Shown piece after piece: positions 7,766 through 17,131 of a stretch of 41,245 bases of DNA (the first letter of the stretch is position 1; each line of letters begins with the position of its first letter). A model generated the notes under the pieces. The model was not told where the DNA came from and searched no databases. It was given only the letters and a program-made list of their open reading frames with translations. The stretch is from an uncultured Thermofilaceae archaeon (lineage in GTDB: Archaea; Thermoproteota; Thermoprotei; Thermofilales; JAPDKD01). A program made the position numbers and the translations under genes. The stretch covers positions 1-41,245 of the forward strand of contig CAZPLI010000002.1 of assembly GCA_964587325.1 (NCBI GenBank). The letters run 5' to 3'.

Positions 7766-7828
7766 GGCCCAGATGAGGATGGGTTCAAAGCGCCGAGTAA
7801 TGTGGAGGCCGCTACACCCTGATGGGCC
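7766..7828 (+). ncRNA. candidate C/D box sRNA
   Basis: GGCCCA-g-ATGAGGA(C)-13 nt-CCGA(D')-gta-ATGTGGA(C')-12 nt-CTGA(D)-TGGGCC. A perfect 6-bp terminal stem directly flanks the C and D boxes. The internal boxes are degenerate. Confidence 0.5.
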
Positions 7829-7912
7829 ATTAACCCCTGTTGCACTAATACTTGTGTCGTACTCGGTGGTTACCAACGGTTAGTGATGTAAGGTCACAAT
7901 ATCATTTCCGGC

Positions 7913-8389
7913 GTGTTCTCTGCGGAGGTATCGCGAATGGAACGGGAAGGCAACGCGCTAGATAGGTTGGCCAGTGAGTTTAAAGAGCTCTACGAGAAAT
8001 ACAGCGAAGCGCTTGAGAGCAGAGACTTGGACCGTGCGCTGGAGATAGGAGTTGAAATTATGGAGGATCTTCTTGAGGCTGCTCAGAGCGTGGTCCTGCC
8101 AGCCATAGTCAACCCTCGAGTGAGGGAAATTGCGGTGAACATTCTAGGCCACCACGAAAGAGCCCTCGCATATGTTAAGGGTGCCAGAGAAGCTGTCAGA
8201 GACGCCCCTTCCGAGTACACAGTGAAGGCTAAGGAGAGGGCGGCTGAAACTCTCTCTGCGGGCATAAACAGTTTGTTCGGCTTTATACTAGGCGTACTAG
8301 TTGCTCTCACAGACCTCGAGCTCACGTCAATGCCCTTAGAGGGAGGCTATCCCTCAAGGAGCCCTAATGACGTGCCCAGAGTCTTATGA
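7913..8389 (+). CDS. hypothetical protein (158 aa), helical with a hydrophobic C-terminal segment
   Basis: GTG-start ORF with coding-like composition and no motif recognised. Confidence 0.45.
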   Translation: MFSAEVSRMEREGNALDRLASEFKELYEKYSEALESRDLDRALEIGVEIMEDLLEAAQSVVLPAIVNPRVREIAVNILGHHERALAYVKGAREAVRDAPSEYTVKAKERAAETLSAGINSLFGFILGVLVALTDLELTSMPLEGGYPSRSPNDVPRVL

Positions 8390-8397
8390 ATCTAAGG

Positions 8398-9771
8398 TCA
8401 ACCTACTTTGCGAGGTTCTATGAAGTCCTTAGGCGCTGCGTCAAAAGGTTCGAGGTATTTTCTTAAGACCTTAGGTATTTCCACCCTACCCTCGGGGTCC
8501 TGGAAGTTCTCTATGATCGCAGTGATTGTTCTCTGAGTAGCTATAGCAGTGGAGTTCAGTGTGTGTACATAACCTTCTGCCGGCGCGCCTCTAGCTTTTG
8601 CATAGCGTATTTTTAGGCGATAACTCTGCCAGTCAGTACAGTTACTGCACGAGACCATCTCTCTATATTTCCCTTGAGCGGGCATCCAAGCCTCTAAGTC
8701 ATATTTTTTCGCTGCCACGACACCTAGGTCGCCCGTGCATATGTTGACTACTCTATAGGGAATGCCCAAACCTTGCCAGAGCTCCTCAGCATTCCTGATC
8801 AGCTCCTCATGCCACTTCCACGACTCGTCAGGGTGGCTGAACACGAACTGCTCGACCTTGTTGAACTGGTGTACTCTAAATATACCTTTAGTGTCCTTAC
8901 CGTGCGCACCGGCCTCTTTCCTAAAACAGGGGCTAATTCCAGCATATAGCAGGGGGAGTTCGCCTTCGGGTATGACTTCGCCCATATGTAGTGCAGCTAT
9001 TGGGTGCTCAGCAGTGCCTATTAGGTAGAGATCCTCTCCCTCTATCTTGTATATCATGTCTCGGAAGTCCTCGAAACTTATCACGCCCTCTAGGACCCGT
9101 CTTCTAAGCATGAAGGGAGGCTCTACCACCTTGAAGCCCTTTCGTGACAGATAATCTAAGGCGTATAGTAGTAAGGCTAGGTCGAGCCAGACTAGGTCGT
9201 CAAAGAGGTAATAGAACCTAGCGCCTGCTGCCTTAGCAGCTCTCTCAATGTCGGCATAGCCTAGCATCACTACGGCATCAGCGTGTCCTAGCGGCTTGTA
9301 GTCTATGACTTCGTAATCGACATCAAATCCTTTAGTTTGTTCAAGAAACGAATCTAAGTAGCCTTTCCAGACCCTAGGCTTCCCCCAGAAGCGTATTGGC
9401 ACATTGTCGTTCTCATCTCGTCCCACGGGAACAGATTCGTGTACTACGTTAGGTATGCTTAAGAGAACACGTTCCCTTTCCTCCTCGACTCTTTTTAGCT
9501 CTGCCTCCTTCTCTCTTAGGATTCTCCTGAGCTCCCTAGCTTCCCTTATGGCTGCTTCTCTCTCGTTACCGGTTAGTTTAGGAATTGAAGCGGCGACCAC
9601 ATTTAATCGGTGCCTTAGCTCGTCTATCTCCCTTTTCAGTTTTCTCCACTTTAAGTCTAACTCGACTGCTAGGTCGACTATCTTCTCGTCGAGCCCTCTC
9701 CTTCTTTGAGACCACTTCAGCTTCTCTGGGTCGTTCCTAACGTAGTACAGTATACTCCATATAGCCGGCAT
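8398..9771 (-). CDS. serS: seryl-tRNA synthetase
   Basis: N-terminal coiled-coil arm, [39 protein letters not shown]. Confidence 0.9.
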   Translation of the reverse strand: MPAIWSILYYVRNDPEKLKWSQRRRGLDEKIVDLAVELDLKWRKLKREIDELRHRLNVVAASIPKLTGNEREAAIREARELRRILREKEAELKRVEEERERVLLSIPNVVHESVPVGRDENDNVPIRFWGKPRVWKGYLDSFLEQTKGFDVDYEVIDYKPLGHADAVVMLGYADIERAAKAAGARFYYLFDDLVWLDLALLLYALDYLSRKGFKVVEPPFMLRRRVLEGVISFEDFRDMIYKIEGEDLYLIGTAEHPIAALHMGEVIPEGELPLLYAGISPCFRKEAGAHGKDTKGIFRVHQFNKVEQFVFSHPDESWKWHEELIRNAEELWQGLGIPYRVVNICTGDLGVVAAKKYDLEAWMPAQGKYREMVSCSNCTDWQSYRLKIRYAKARGAPAEGYVHTLNSTAIATQRTITAIIENFQDPEGRVEIPKVLRKYLEPFDAAPKDFIEPRKVG

Positions 9772-9826
9772 TGTACCGCCTTAGAGTCTCCTAATCAACG
9801 CGGCTTAATTCCTTGCGCTTTTGGTC

Positions 9827-10789
9827 TCACAGCGGAGGTGGCTCCTCTCTATCCCCCTTCCTATACCTTTCAAGCCATTTCTCGAATTCCTCGCCAGGAG
9901 GCGAATACTCGTATAGCTCTCTCCTATAAGCTTCAAGGAGCACCTCGTCTCTACCGGCTAGGGATGCGTAAGTCAGCACGCGAGCTGCAGTCTCTCCGAG
10001 AGGTTCGCGCCATTCAGGGTCCCTAAGGAGGTGGTGACCGGTTACAACAGGGCACTTTAGTAGAAGTTCCTTAAGGTTCTTGATGCCTTTCTCTACATCC
10101 TCTTGTGAAACCTTCTTGCCAGCGAGATAAAGCGGGGGACCGCCGATCACTAGTAAGCCTTCACCGCCTACTCTAAGCATCCTGAGGAGTTTCTTCGAGA
10201 TAGGTCCCTGGACGTCCGGTGCAAAGATTACTCGCTCGCCGCGAGTTTCCAGTGCAAATATGGCTACAAACCCCAAACGTGAGCCTTCAGGACCATGAGG
10301 GCCTAGGCCTATGCACCGGAGCTTAGTTTCTCCAAACTCAAGGATCGATCCTTCAGCGTACACGACCTTTTCTGCTAATGGCTCAACGGCTTTTAAGAAA
10401 GCGTGTGCCCGTCTTAGCTGATTGTAGTTAATGTTCTCTCGCGGGTGCTTGACTACAAGTATCTTCTCAGCGTACAGCTCTCTCTGAGTCTCGGGGCTTG
10501 TCCACTCTAGCCAGCTCTTATAGCCGGGTGTAAAGTGGTCTAGGTGATAGTGACTAATCGTTATGACGTCCGCTCTTCGAGCGTACTCTTGTATTCTTTC
10601 TCTTGCCTCCTTAGCTGCTTTGAGCTCGAGGGGGTGAGGAAACAGCCCGTACCTGCGGGGAGCAAGCGATACTCCCGCGTCAAAAAGCACTCTTACATCT
10701 GGAGTCTCAACGTACAGAGCCATTGATCTAACTCCTAGGCTCTCTTCGGCGAGGGGTACTAGGCGTATGTGCCTTAGCAGTCTCTTCAT
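9827..10789 (-). CDS. metallo-beta-lactamase-fold protein (UPF0282-like), function unknown
   Basis: HYHLDH metal-binding motif in a 320-aa archaeal-type MBL scaffold. Its ATG overlaps the lig stop (ATGA). Confidence 0.7.
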   Translation of the reverse strand: MKRLLRHIRLVPLAEESLGVRSMALYVETPDVRVLFDAGVSLAPRRYGLFPHPLELKAAKEARERIQEYARRADVITISHYHLDHFTPGYKSWLEWTSPETQRELYAEKILVVKHPRENINYNQLRRAHAFLKAVEPLAEKVVYAEGSILEFGETKLRCIGLGPHGPEGSRLGFVAIFALETRGERVIFAPDVQGPISKKLLRMLRVGGEGLLVIGGPPLYLAGKKVSQEDVEKGIKNLKELLLKCPVVTGHHLLRDPEWREPLGETAARVLTYASLAGRDEVLLEAYRRELYEYSPPGEEFEKWLERYRKGDREEPPPL

Positions 10790-12384
10790 GTTACTCTCGC
10801 CTTAGCCTCAAACTGTTTTTCGTATCTCTCTCTAAGCTCTTTCAAGGTAGTTACCTCGTAAGGGTCTTTATCCCATCTTATGCGCGTAATTCTCGCAAAC
10901 CGCAATGCAAAACCTGACTCGTAACGCGGGCTCTTCTGTATCTCGCTGTATGCGACTTCAACGACGATCTTAGGTACGACATAGACTACGTAGCCCTCCT
11001 CGCGCACCTTCAGTTCTAGCAAGCGCTTAGTCATTTCCTCGAACTCTTCGTCCGTCAACCCTTTGAACGTCTTACCCACCATTACAAAGCGACCCGTTTC
11101 CTCGTCGAGAACTGCCAAGTGATAGTCGCTTAACCAGCCTTCACGTCGTCCATGACCCCACTCAGCGGCTATTATCACGCAGTCTATGGTGTCAGCCTGT
11201 TTTATTTTGAACCACTTCTTCCCTCTATGCCCAGGCTCGTAGTTGCTATCTAGTCTCTTAGCCATCACACCCTCGTGTCCTTCAGCTATGGCTTTTCGGT
11301 AGAAGTCCTCGGCGTCCTTCAAGTTATCAACAATCCTTCTCTCTGCTAAGAGCTCAGAGGGTACTATGTCTGCTAAAGTTTCCCATCGCTTCTCGTATGG
11401 CTCGTCAACTAGAACACGGCTATTCAAGTAGAGAATGTCGAAAAGATAGAGCTTAAGAGGGATTTTTGCTAGGAATTTGTGCAAGTCCCGCTGCCTCCTC
11501 ACTCGTTTAGCAATATCCTGAAACGGAACAGGCTTTCCGTCAACCATGCCCACAGCTTCGCCGTCAAGGACGAAGGAGTCGGCGCGTACAGTATCAGCTA
11601 CCACGCGGACAATGTCAGGTACGCTTTGAGTTATCTCGCTCAGTCTACGCGTGAAAACTCTTATTTTGCCGCCTTTTCCATGTATCTGGACTCGTATGCC
11701 GTCATACTTGTATTCAAGGGCTGTTCGTCCCCCATGTTCGCGTAGAACTCGACCAAGGTCGTAGGCCATTTCTGCCATCATAGGTTTAACTGGCCTAAAG
11801 ACTTCTAAGCGTACACTCTCCACGCCCTCCTTACTCTCTCTAAGCGCTATCTCTGCCAGTCGGCCCAGATCCCCAACAAACATGTAGGCTCTGCGTACAA
11901 CATCCACAGGGCAGTTTGCCAGTTGAGCTATAGCCTCGAGAATCACGCCCTCGCTAGCACCTATGCGCATCTCTCCAAATATCGAGCGGAGGAGGTATTC
12001 GCGCCCATCCTGAGAAAGCTGAGAGAGTAAGGACCTGAATAGTGCCTCCTTTTTCCTTCGAGAACCCTCACCCTCTACTCTGGCTATCTTCTCTAGGAGG
12101 CGGTAAACGTCTAAGACTGTTGGCTCGGTATTCAACAAGAGGGCTTGACGACCCTTTAGAGTACGCAGCACCCTGTAGACAGTGGAAGGCCCTATCTCGA
12201 GTTTATAGTCGCTACCCGGAGGGAATGGTCTGCCCAATAATAATCTTACGAGAGGTCCCACTTCTTCTGGCTTCGTGTTTTTTAACATCTGGACTAGATA
12301 GACTACCTTCTGCTTCCTGCTCGAGGAAGACTCTATGAGTTTACAGTACTTGACAAAATCCGAGAACTTCAACTTTGAAGCCAC
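10786..12384 (-). CDS. lig: ATP-dependent DNA ligase
   Basis: Adenylation motif EYKYDGIRVQIH, EGHEGVMAK, KKWFKIK. GTG start overlapping the fen 3' end by 16 nt. Confidence 0.9.
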   Translation of the reverse strand: MASKLKFSDFVKYCKLIESSSSRKQKVVYLVQMLKNTKPEEVGPLVRLLLGRPFPPGSDYKLEIGPSTVYRVLRTLKGRQALLLNTEPTVLDVYRLLEKIARVEGEGSRRKKEALFRSLLSQLSQDGREYLLRSIFGEMRIGASEGVILEAIAQLANCPVDVVRRAYMFVGDLGRLAEIALRESKEGVESVRLEVFRPVKPMMAEMAYDLGRVLREHGGRTALEYKYDGIRVQIHGKGGKIRVFTRRLSEITQSVPDIVRVVADTVRADSFVLDGEAVGMVDGKPVPFQDIAKRVRRQRDLHKFLAKIPLKLYLFDILYLNSRVLVDEPYEKRWETLADIVPSELLAERRIVDNLKDAEDFYRKAIAEGHEGVMAKRLDSNYEPGHRGKKWFKIKQADTIDCVIIAAEWGHGRREGWLSDYHLAVLDEETGRFVMVGKTFKGLTDEEFEEMTKRLLELKVREEGYVVYVVPKIVVEVAYSEIQKSPRYESGFALRFARITRIRWDKDPYEVTTLKELRERYEKQFEAKARVT

Positions 12385-13397
12385 CTCTCAAGACTTTCCT
12401 CCCGCGCTGTGACCGTTATCCGCGAAAGCCTATCCAGAATGGTCCTTATCCTTTTCTCGGAAAATCCGCGCTCACGTAAGAACTCAGCCAGTCCTCCCAA
12501 GTCAGGCCTTCTAGGCTCTATGGAGTACTTATCCGTCACAGGGGGGTTGAGGAAAATCTCTCGTATCTTATCGTAATTTTCGGGGAGTTGTTCCCTTATG
12601 TTGCGCGGAAGCCTTTCGAGCGAGCCGTAAGTCTTTATCAGTTTCAAGGCCCGCTTTGGGCCTATACCCTTAATGCCTTCGTTAAAGTCAGTGCCGACCA
12701 AGATTGCGAGGTCTACTAACTGCTGCCTCGTGATACGTAATCTAGACAGCACCTCGTTCAGCTCTATGATTTCAGGCTTTAAGGGGCGCACTATGCCCTT
12801 ACTCGGTAGGTACTCCGTACCCGTTAGTGTGACGTAACGCACCAAGCGCGGGGCTCCATAGAGTAGTGAGTCGTAATCCTTGCTTCCTACAGCCCAGGAG
12901 TCGCCTCGTGAGACTATGTATGCTGCTTGCGCCTCTGCGTCATGGGGAGCTTGGATCCAGGGCACGCCCATTAGGTCAAGCATTCGTTTAGCATCCTCAA
13001 CCATCTCTTTGGTTAAGCTCAGTGCTGCTACAGCCTTAGAGAACGCCGTTTCATAGTCTCCCCTAGCCAGTGCTTCTCTCCATTCCCTCAACGCTTTGCT
13101 TCTCTGGGCGCGTCGCCTTTCGAGCTCGCGTAGCTTAAGCGGGTGAGGAGGGCCGTCAAATACGAAAACAAACCTCATTCCGTACTCAACCATCAGTCTT
13201 GTTAACCGAAACGCCAGTCCTACTAGGTGCGACGTTATGCGCCCGTTAGGCGCTCTAAGAGGCTCACCGTCGGGTAGCCGGATAAGTGCTAGGAACTGGT
13301 AAAGCTCGACGTACGCGTCCACTGCAAGCATTTTGCCGCGCAGGTGGTCTAACGATACGATTCTCCTAGGTATTATAGGTGTGAGTATAGTGCCCAT
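12369..13397 (-). CDS. fen: flap endonuclease 1
   Basis: MGTILTPIIP.., AVDAYVELYQFL, FVFDGPPHPLK, APHDAEAQAAY, H3TH GTDFNEGIKGIGPKRAL, C-terminal PIP-like SLERWL. Start moved from the ORF-track 13418 to the conserved MG at 13397. Confidence 0.9.
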   Translation of the reverse strand: MGTILTPIIPRRIVSLDHLRGKMLAVDAYVELYQFLALIRLPDGEPLRAPNGRITSHLVGLAFRLTRLMVEYGMRFVFVFDGPPHPLKLRELERRRAQRSKALREWREALARGDYETAFSKAVAALSLTKEMVEDAKRMLDLMGVPWIQAPHDAEAQAAYIVSRGDSWAVGSKDYDSLLYGAPRLVRYVTLTGTEYLPSKGIVRPLKPEIIELNEVLSRLRITRQQLVDLAILVGTDFNEGIKGIGPKRALKLIKTYGSLERLPRNIREQLPENYDKIREIFLNPPVTDKYSIEPRRPDLGGLAEFLRERGFSEKRIRTILDRLSRITVTAREESLERWLQS

Positions 13398-13460
13398 CTC
13401 GTTCAAGAATTGGAACATTACCGCTGTTTTTTAAACCAGTCTGTAAAGTAATATCATGAA

Positions 13461-14051
13461 ATGAACCTACACGCCGTCCGCATTCCAATAGCAATCACAA
13501 TAGTCATACTGGCCTCAGCTCTAGCAATGCCACAGCAAGTCGCAAAGCTTACAGTTTGCGTGCAAGGGGGTGCTGACTACTTGGTGGTGCACTCAGAGGA
13601 TTTCGTAGTTGTCACTAGGCTTCGAGAGGGGTGTAGCTCAATTTACCTGCCCCCAGGAGTATACAGAGTCTTGGCACTTGCTGTAAGAGATGGAAATCTA
13701 TTGATCAGTGGCACTAAGGTGAGTCTTTTTCACGACGCGAAAGTAGTCTTAGCTCTAAGTCGACCTAGTATGTGCGAAGTTCCTAAGCCTATTGATGTCG
13801 TCTTCATAGGAGGCTCACCGTACGCCATTGCTGACTGCGATGGAACGCTCACTCTAATCCCTCTTCATCATACGCAGGAAATGGGTGAGGCTGTACTAAT
13901 GGGCGGTGAGAAAAGGGCTAGACCCCTAGTGCCAGCCGAGACCGGGCTGAGAGTCAGGAAGAGAGTTACGCCAGTTTATATACCCGTTCTAATCGCTATC
14001 CTGACTTCTGTGGCAGTATATGTCGTCGTGAAGCGAGCGGTGGGCGGCTAA
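13461..14051 (+). CDS. hypothetical secreted/membrane-anchored protein
   Basis: N-terminal hydrophobic signal-like segment (IPIAITIVILASALA), a beta-rich middle and a C-terminal TM (VYIPVLIAILTSVAVYVVV). Confidence 0.5.
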   Translation: MNLHAVRIPIAITIVILASALAMPQQVAKLTVCVQGGADYLVVHSEDFVVVTRLREGCSSIYLPPGVYRVLALAVRDGNLLISGTKVSLFHDAKVVLALSRPSMCEVPKPIDVVFIGGSPYAIADCDGTLTLIPLHHTQEMGEAVLMGGEKRARPLVPAETGLRVRKRVTPVYIPVLIAILTSVAVYVVVKRAVGG

Positions 14052-14053
14052 AA

Positions 14054-14476
14054 ATGTCGCGCGAGAGGAGGCTCGCGCCAACCGCGCTAAGAATCTATAG
14101 GTATATGGTTCTGAGGGGAGGATGGGTCGGGGTACGCGAGCTTCAGAGAGCTCTAGGTCTTTCTAGCCCGGGACTTGTCGCGTATCACTTAGCACGCCTA
14201 GTTGAAGAAGGTCTTGTCGAAAGAGGCGAAGGAGGCAAGTACAGGGTGAAGGCGTACGTTAGTGTCGGTGTATTAAGAGAGTTTGTTAGACTCGGCAGGC
14301 TTGTAGTGCCTCGTTACGCGTTCTATGCGACATTTATAGGAGTTCTCACACTGCTCTACGCGTTCCTTTATCCATGGTATGCTCTCAGCGAGCCAGGGTT
14401 AATAGGCCTGATACTTGGGGCTTTCTCTACGGCTAGCTTCATTTACGAGACAATGCGTGCTCTTCGCGAGCAGTAG
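14054..14476 (+). CDS. membrane-associated winged-helix (MarR/ArsR-like) protein
   Basis: wHTH segment (VRELQRALGLSSPGLVAYHLARLVEEGLVERGEGGKYRV) followed by two hydrophobic segments. Confidence 0.55.
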   Translation: MSRERRLAPTALRIYRYMVLRGGWVGVRELQRALGLSSPGLVAYHLARLVEEGLVERGEGGKYRVKAYVSVGVLREFVRLGRLVVPRYAFYATFIGVLTLLYAFLYPWYALSEPGLIGLILGAFSTASFIYETMRALREQ

Positions 14477-14484
14477 GTGGTATC

Positions 14485-14811
14485 ATGCCTGTGATCGATA
14501 TCGAAGACCTTGACGCTGTCTTACGTAGTGAGGAGCGGGTGGTAGTCGACTTTACTGCCGAATGGTGTATTCCGTGCCGAGTCGTTGAGGACGTCATACT
14601 CCGTGTGATGCACGAGCTAGAGTCTAATGGCTTCAGAGTAGTCGTGTGCAAGGTGAACGTAGCAGAGCGCCCCGATCTTGCTGCACGCTATGGAGTGTTA
14701 GGTCTTCCCACAGTGCTAGTATTTATCCGTGGGCAGGAGGTCATGAGGCACGTAGGGGGCCCAGCAGGCTTAGAGAGTAAGCTACGATCGGCGCTGCTAG
14801 GTAAAGGGTGA
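14485..14811 (+). CDS. thioredoxin
   Basis: Active site FTAEWCIPCR (CxxC) and a GLPTVLVF cis-Pro loop. 108 aa. Confidence 0.8.
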   Translation: MPVIDIEDLDAVLRSEERVVVDFTAEWCIPCRVVEDVILRVMHELESNGFRVVVCKVNVAERPDLAARYGVLGLPTVLVFIRGQEVMRHVGGPAGLESKLRSALLGKG

Positions 14812-16115
14812 GCTATATGCTGGGTCTCCCTAGGCGGGAGGCCTTTGCTGCCGGGTCTTTATTCAGAGTGAGGGGTCCTGCCAGGCTCCGCGTCGTTAGG
14901 GGTCTCGTGTACGCTATAGGGCTAAAGCTCCGTGAAGGCAACTCGCTTGTCGTGAGGAGCGACCGCGTGATATGCTGTGAAGCGCTGGAGGAGTCCAAGG
15001 TCGAGCTCGCTATTGGAGCAGGAGGAGGGCTGGAAGCGGCCAGCGAGGCGGAGGAGGTAATTCGCAAGTGGCGAGAGCTAGCAGAGAATATAATCGCGAA
15101 TCATAGGCTAGTTGTAGTCGTAGGCGAAGTGGACAGTGGTAAGTCAACATTTTCTACTATTCTCCTCAATACAGCTGTAAGCAAGGGGCTTAAGGCAGCA
15201 TTTCTCGACGAGGACGTAGGACAAAGCGATATAGCCTGGCCAGGAGTAGTGGGCTTAGCCTATACAGACAAGCCTGTATACTGGATTAGGGACCTAAAGC
15301 CTGAGTCGGTAGAGTTTGTAGGATCGACTTCTCCAGTAGGCAACGAAGTGGAAGTCATTACAGCCGTCGTGAGACTAATCAATGAGGCGCGTAGAAAGGC
15401 TGACTTTACAGTTGTTAACACTGACGGTTGGGTTAGCGGGACGAGAGCTATAAAGTTCAAAACATGCTTGGTGAGAGCGATAGCCCCCGATGCTGTCGTA
15501 GTGATGAAGGGGGACGGGGGAGCGGACGGACTCGCAAGAGCGTTACGCGTAATGGGGTATAGAGTAATTCATGCCTCTTCGCCACAAGCTAGAATGCGTA
15601 AGACCAAAGCTGCTAGGAAGAGCTACCGTGAGTCAGCCTTAGTCTCCCTACTAATGGGCTCACGTAAGCTAAGGATAGACCTAAAGCGGCTCCCCATAGT
15701 AAATCTCCCTATCGGAGGAGAAAGTAGGGACGAGTACTTAGAAACCAGGTTAGGAGAGTTAACAGGCCAGCGGGTCATAGTTTTCAGGGCAGGAGACCAA
15801 GCACTAATAGTAACCCGTGAGCGTGCTCAGGCCGAGGTCTTGAGAAGACTGTCAAGCCGCATTGAGGAATTAGTCGGTGTAAGGGAACTGCTTGTTATCT
15901 GTGAGGAAGATCTTAACGGGGCTTATGTAGGCCTTCATGGAGAACACGGTAGGCTCATATCATGTGGTGTGATACGTGGTGTGGACCTGAGGAGAATGAC
16001 GCTACTAATAGAGGCACCCTTAGAGAGCTGTGAGAACATAAAGTACATGGTCCTCGGTAAGCTTCGTATAGCTCTCGATGGCAGCGAGGCAGGGTTCTTG
16101 AGGCTTCCACTATAA
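14808..16115 (+). CDS. Clp1/Grc3-family polynucleotide 5'-hydroxyl kinase-like P-loop protein
   Basis: Walker A GEVDSGKST, LDEDVGQSDI, VVNTDGWVSG. 4-nt overlap with the thioredoxin gene. Confidence 0.7.
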   Translation: MSYMLGLPRREAFAAGSLFRVRGPARLRVVRGLVYAIGLKLREGNSLVVRSDRVICCEALEESKVELAIGAGGGLEAASEAEEVIRKWRELAENIIANHRLVVVVGEVDSGKSTFSTILLNTAVSKGLKAAFLDEDVGQSDIAWPGVVGLAYTDKPVYWIRDLKPESVEFVGSTSPVGNEVEVITAVVRLINEARRKADFTVVNTDGWVSGTRAIKFKTCLVRAIAPDAVVVMKGDGGADGLARALRVMGYRVIHASSPQARMRKTKAARKSYRESALVSLLMGSRKLRIDLKRLPIVNLPIGGESRDEYLETRLGELTGQRVIVFRAGDQALIVTRERAQAEVLRRLSSRIEELVGVRELLVICEEDLNGAYVGLHGEHGRLISCGVIRGVDLRRMTLLIEAPLESCENIKYMVLGKLRIALDGSEAGFLRLPL

Positions 16116-16168
16116 GGAGAAGCGAAAGAGACATTTAGAGACGCTGTCGTCCGCTAGCGAGGGACTCT

Positions 16169-16774
16169 GTGGACTCGTTGAGGAGGGCTATGCGGGAAAT
16201 AGCTAACCATGTTCTTAGAGTCTCAGAACTGCTCAACGAAGAGGAGGTAGAGAGGTTATTAAGCATCCTAGTCCGCGCTAGGGAAGACGGCAAGAAGGTC
16301 CTAGTAGTAGGTGCTGGTCGTAGCGGTCTCGTAGCAAGAGCATTTGCGATGCGACTAATGCATTTGGGCTTTAACGTGTATGTGTTAGGAGAAACGATAA
16401 CGCCGTCCATAAGCGATGGCGACGTGGTAATTGCTGTGTCGGGCTCTGGTAGGACCCAGGTTGTAGTTAGTGTGGCGGCAGCAGCCAAACGGGTGGGTGC
16501 GACTGTGGTAGCGATTACGTCTTACCCCTCGTCGCCGCTAGGCAGAGTAAGCAATTGTGTAGTAAGAGTGCCGGGAAGGACGAAAATAGCTGAGGAGACC
16601 GACTACTTCGCTAGGCAGGTCCTTGGAATTTACGAGCCTCTAGCGCCTCTCGGAACGCTCTTTGAAGACACGGTGATGGTATTCTTTGATGGGTTAATAG
16701 TAGAACTAATGGGAAGGCTTGGAATAACGGAGGAGGAAATGAGAAAAAGGCATGCAAATGTTGAGGGTATTTAG
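16169..16774 (+). CDS. SIS-domain sugar-phosphate isomerase (6-phospho-3-hexuloisomerase-like)
   Basis: VLVVGAGRSGLVARAFAMRLMHLG, VVIAVSGSGRT. Confidence 0.65.
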   Translation: MDSLRRAMREIANHVLRVSELLNEEEVERLLSILVRAREDGKKVLVVGAGRSGLVARAFAMRLMHLGFNVYVLGETITPSISDGDVVIAVSGSGRTQVVVSVAAAAKRVGATVVAITSYPSSPLGRVSNCVVRVPGRTKIAEETDYFARQVLGIYEPLAPLGTLFEDTVMVFFDGLIVELMGRLGITEEEMRKRHANVEGI

Positions 16775-16800
16775 CCGCCGGGGACCCCGGGGGGGTGGAG

Positions 16801-17094
16801 CTAAAGCGGGCCCATTAAGGCCCTAACAACGTCTTCTGGGCCTATGTCGTGTTTCCTTAATGCCCATGCAACTCTACCGTTGACGCTCCATCTGTCAATG
16901 AGGCGAGCATTGAAGAGTTTCATTAGCACCCTATATACCTTGTTGTAGTCCACGTTGTTACTCAGCGTATTTCTCTTAGCTTTCTGACGAATCTCCTTAT
17001 ATATTTCAGGCGTAGTCATTTCCCCACGTAGCTTGAGAATCTCCACGAGCTCCTTAGCAAGCTCGATAGTCCAGGGAGAGCATCTCCTCCCCAT
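16801..17094 (-). CDS. small winged-helix-like hypothetical protein (97 aa)
   Basis: ORF lies 37 nt downstream of xpd on the same strand. The helical/wH-like pattern (YNKVYRVLMKLFNARLIDRW) gives no firm family. Confidence 0.4.
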   Translation of the reverse strand: MGRRCSPWTIELAKELVEILKLRGEMTTPEIYKEIRQKAKRNTLSNNVDYNKVYRVLMKLFNARLIDRWSVNGRVAWALRKHDIGPEDVVRALMGPL

Positions 17095-17131
17095 CCCGCT
17101 CGCCGCTCTCCAAGAGTGTTACACGACGTAT

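Noticed and set aside
7641-7766. 41-aa ORF starting right after the abrB-like stop, considered as a degraded toxin partner (VapC-like)
   Set aside because: It shows no PIN-domain features, is far too short, and has an Arg/Leu-rich composition typical of non-coding GC-rich sequence.
7883-7889. GTGATGT C-box-like heptamer just upstream of the 7913 CDS
   Set aside because: There is no D' or D box at the expected distances. It more likely forms part of the promoter/5' region of the downstream gene.
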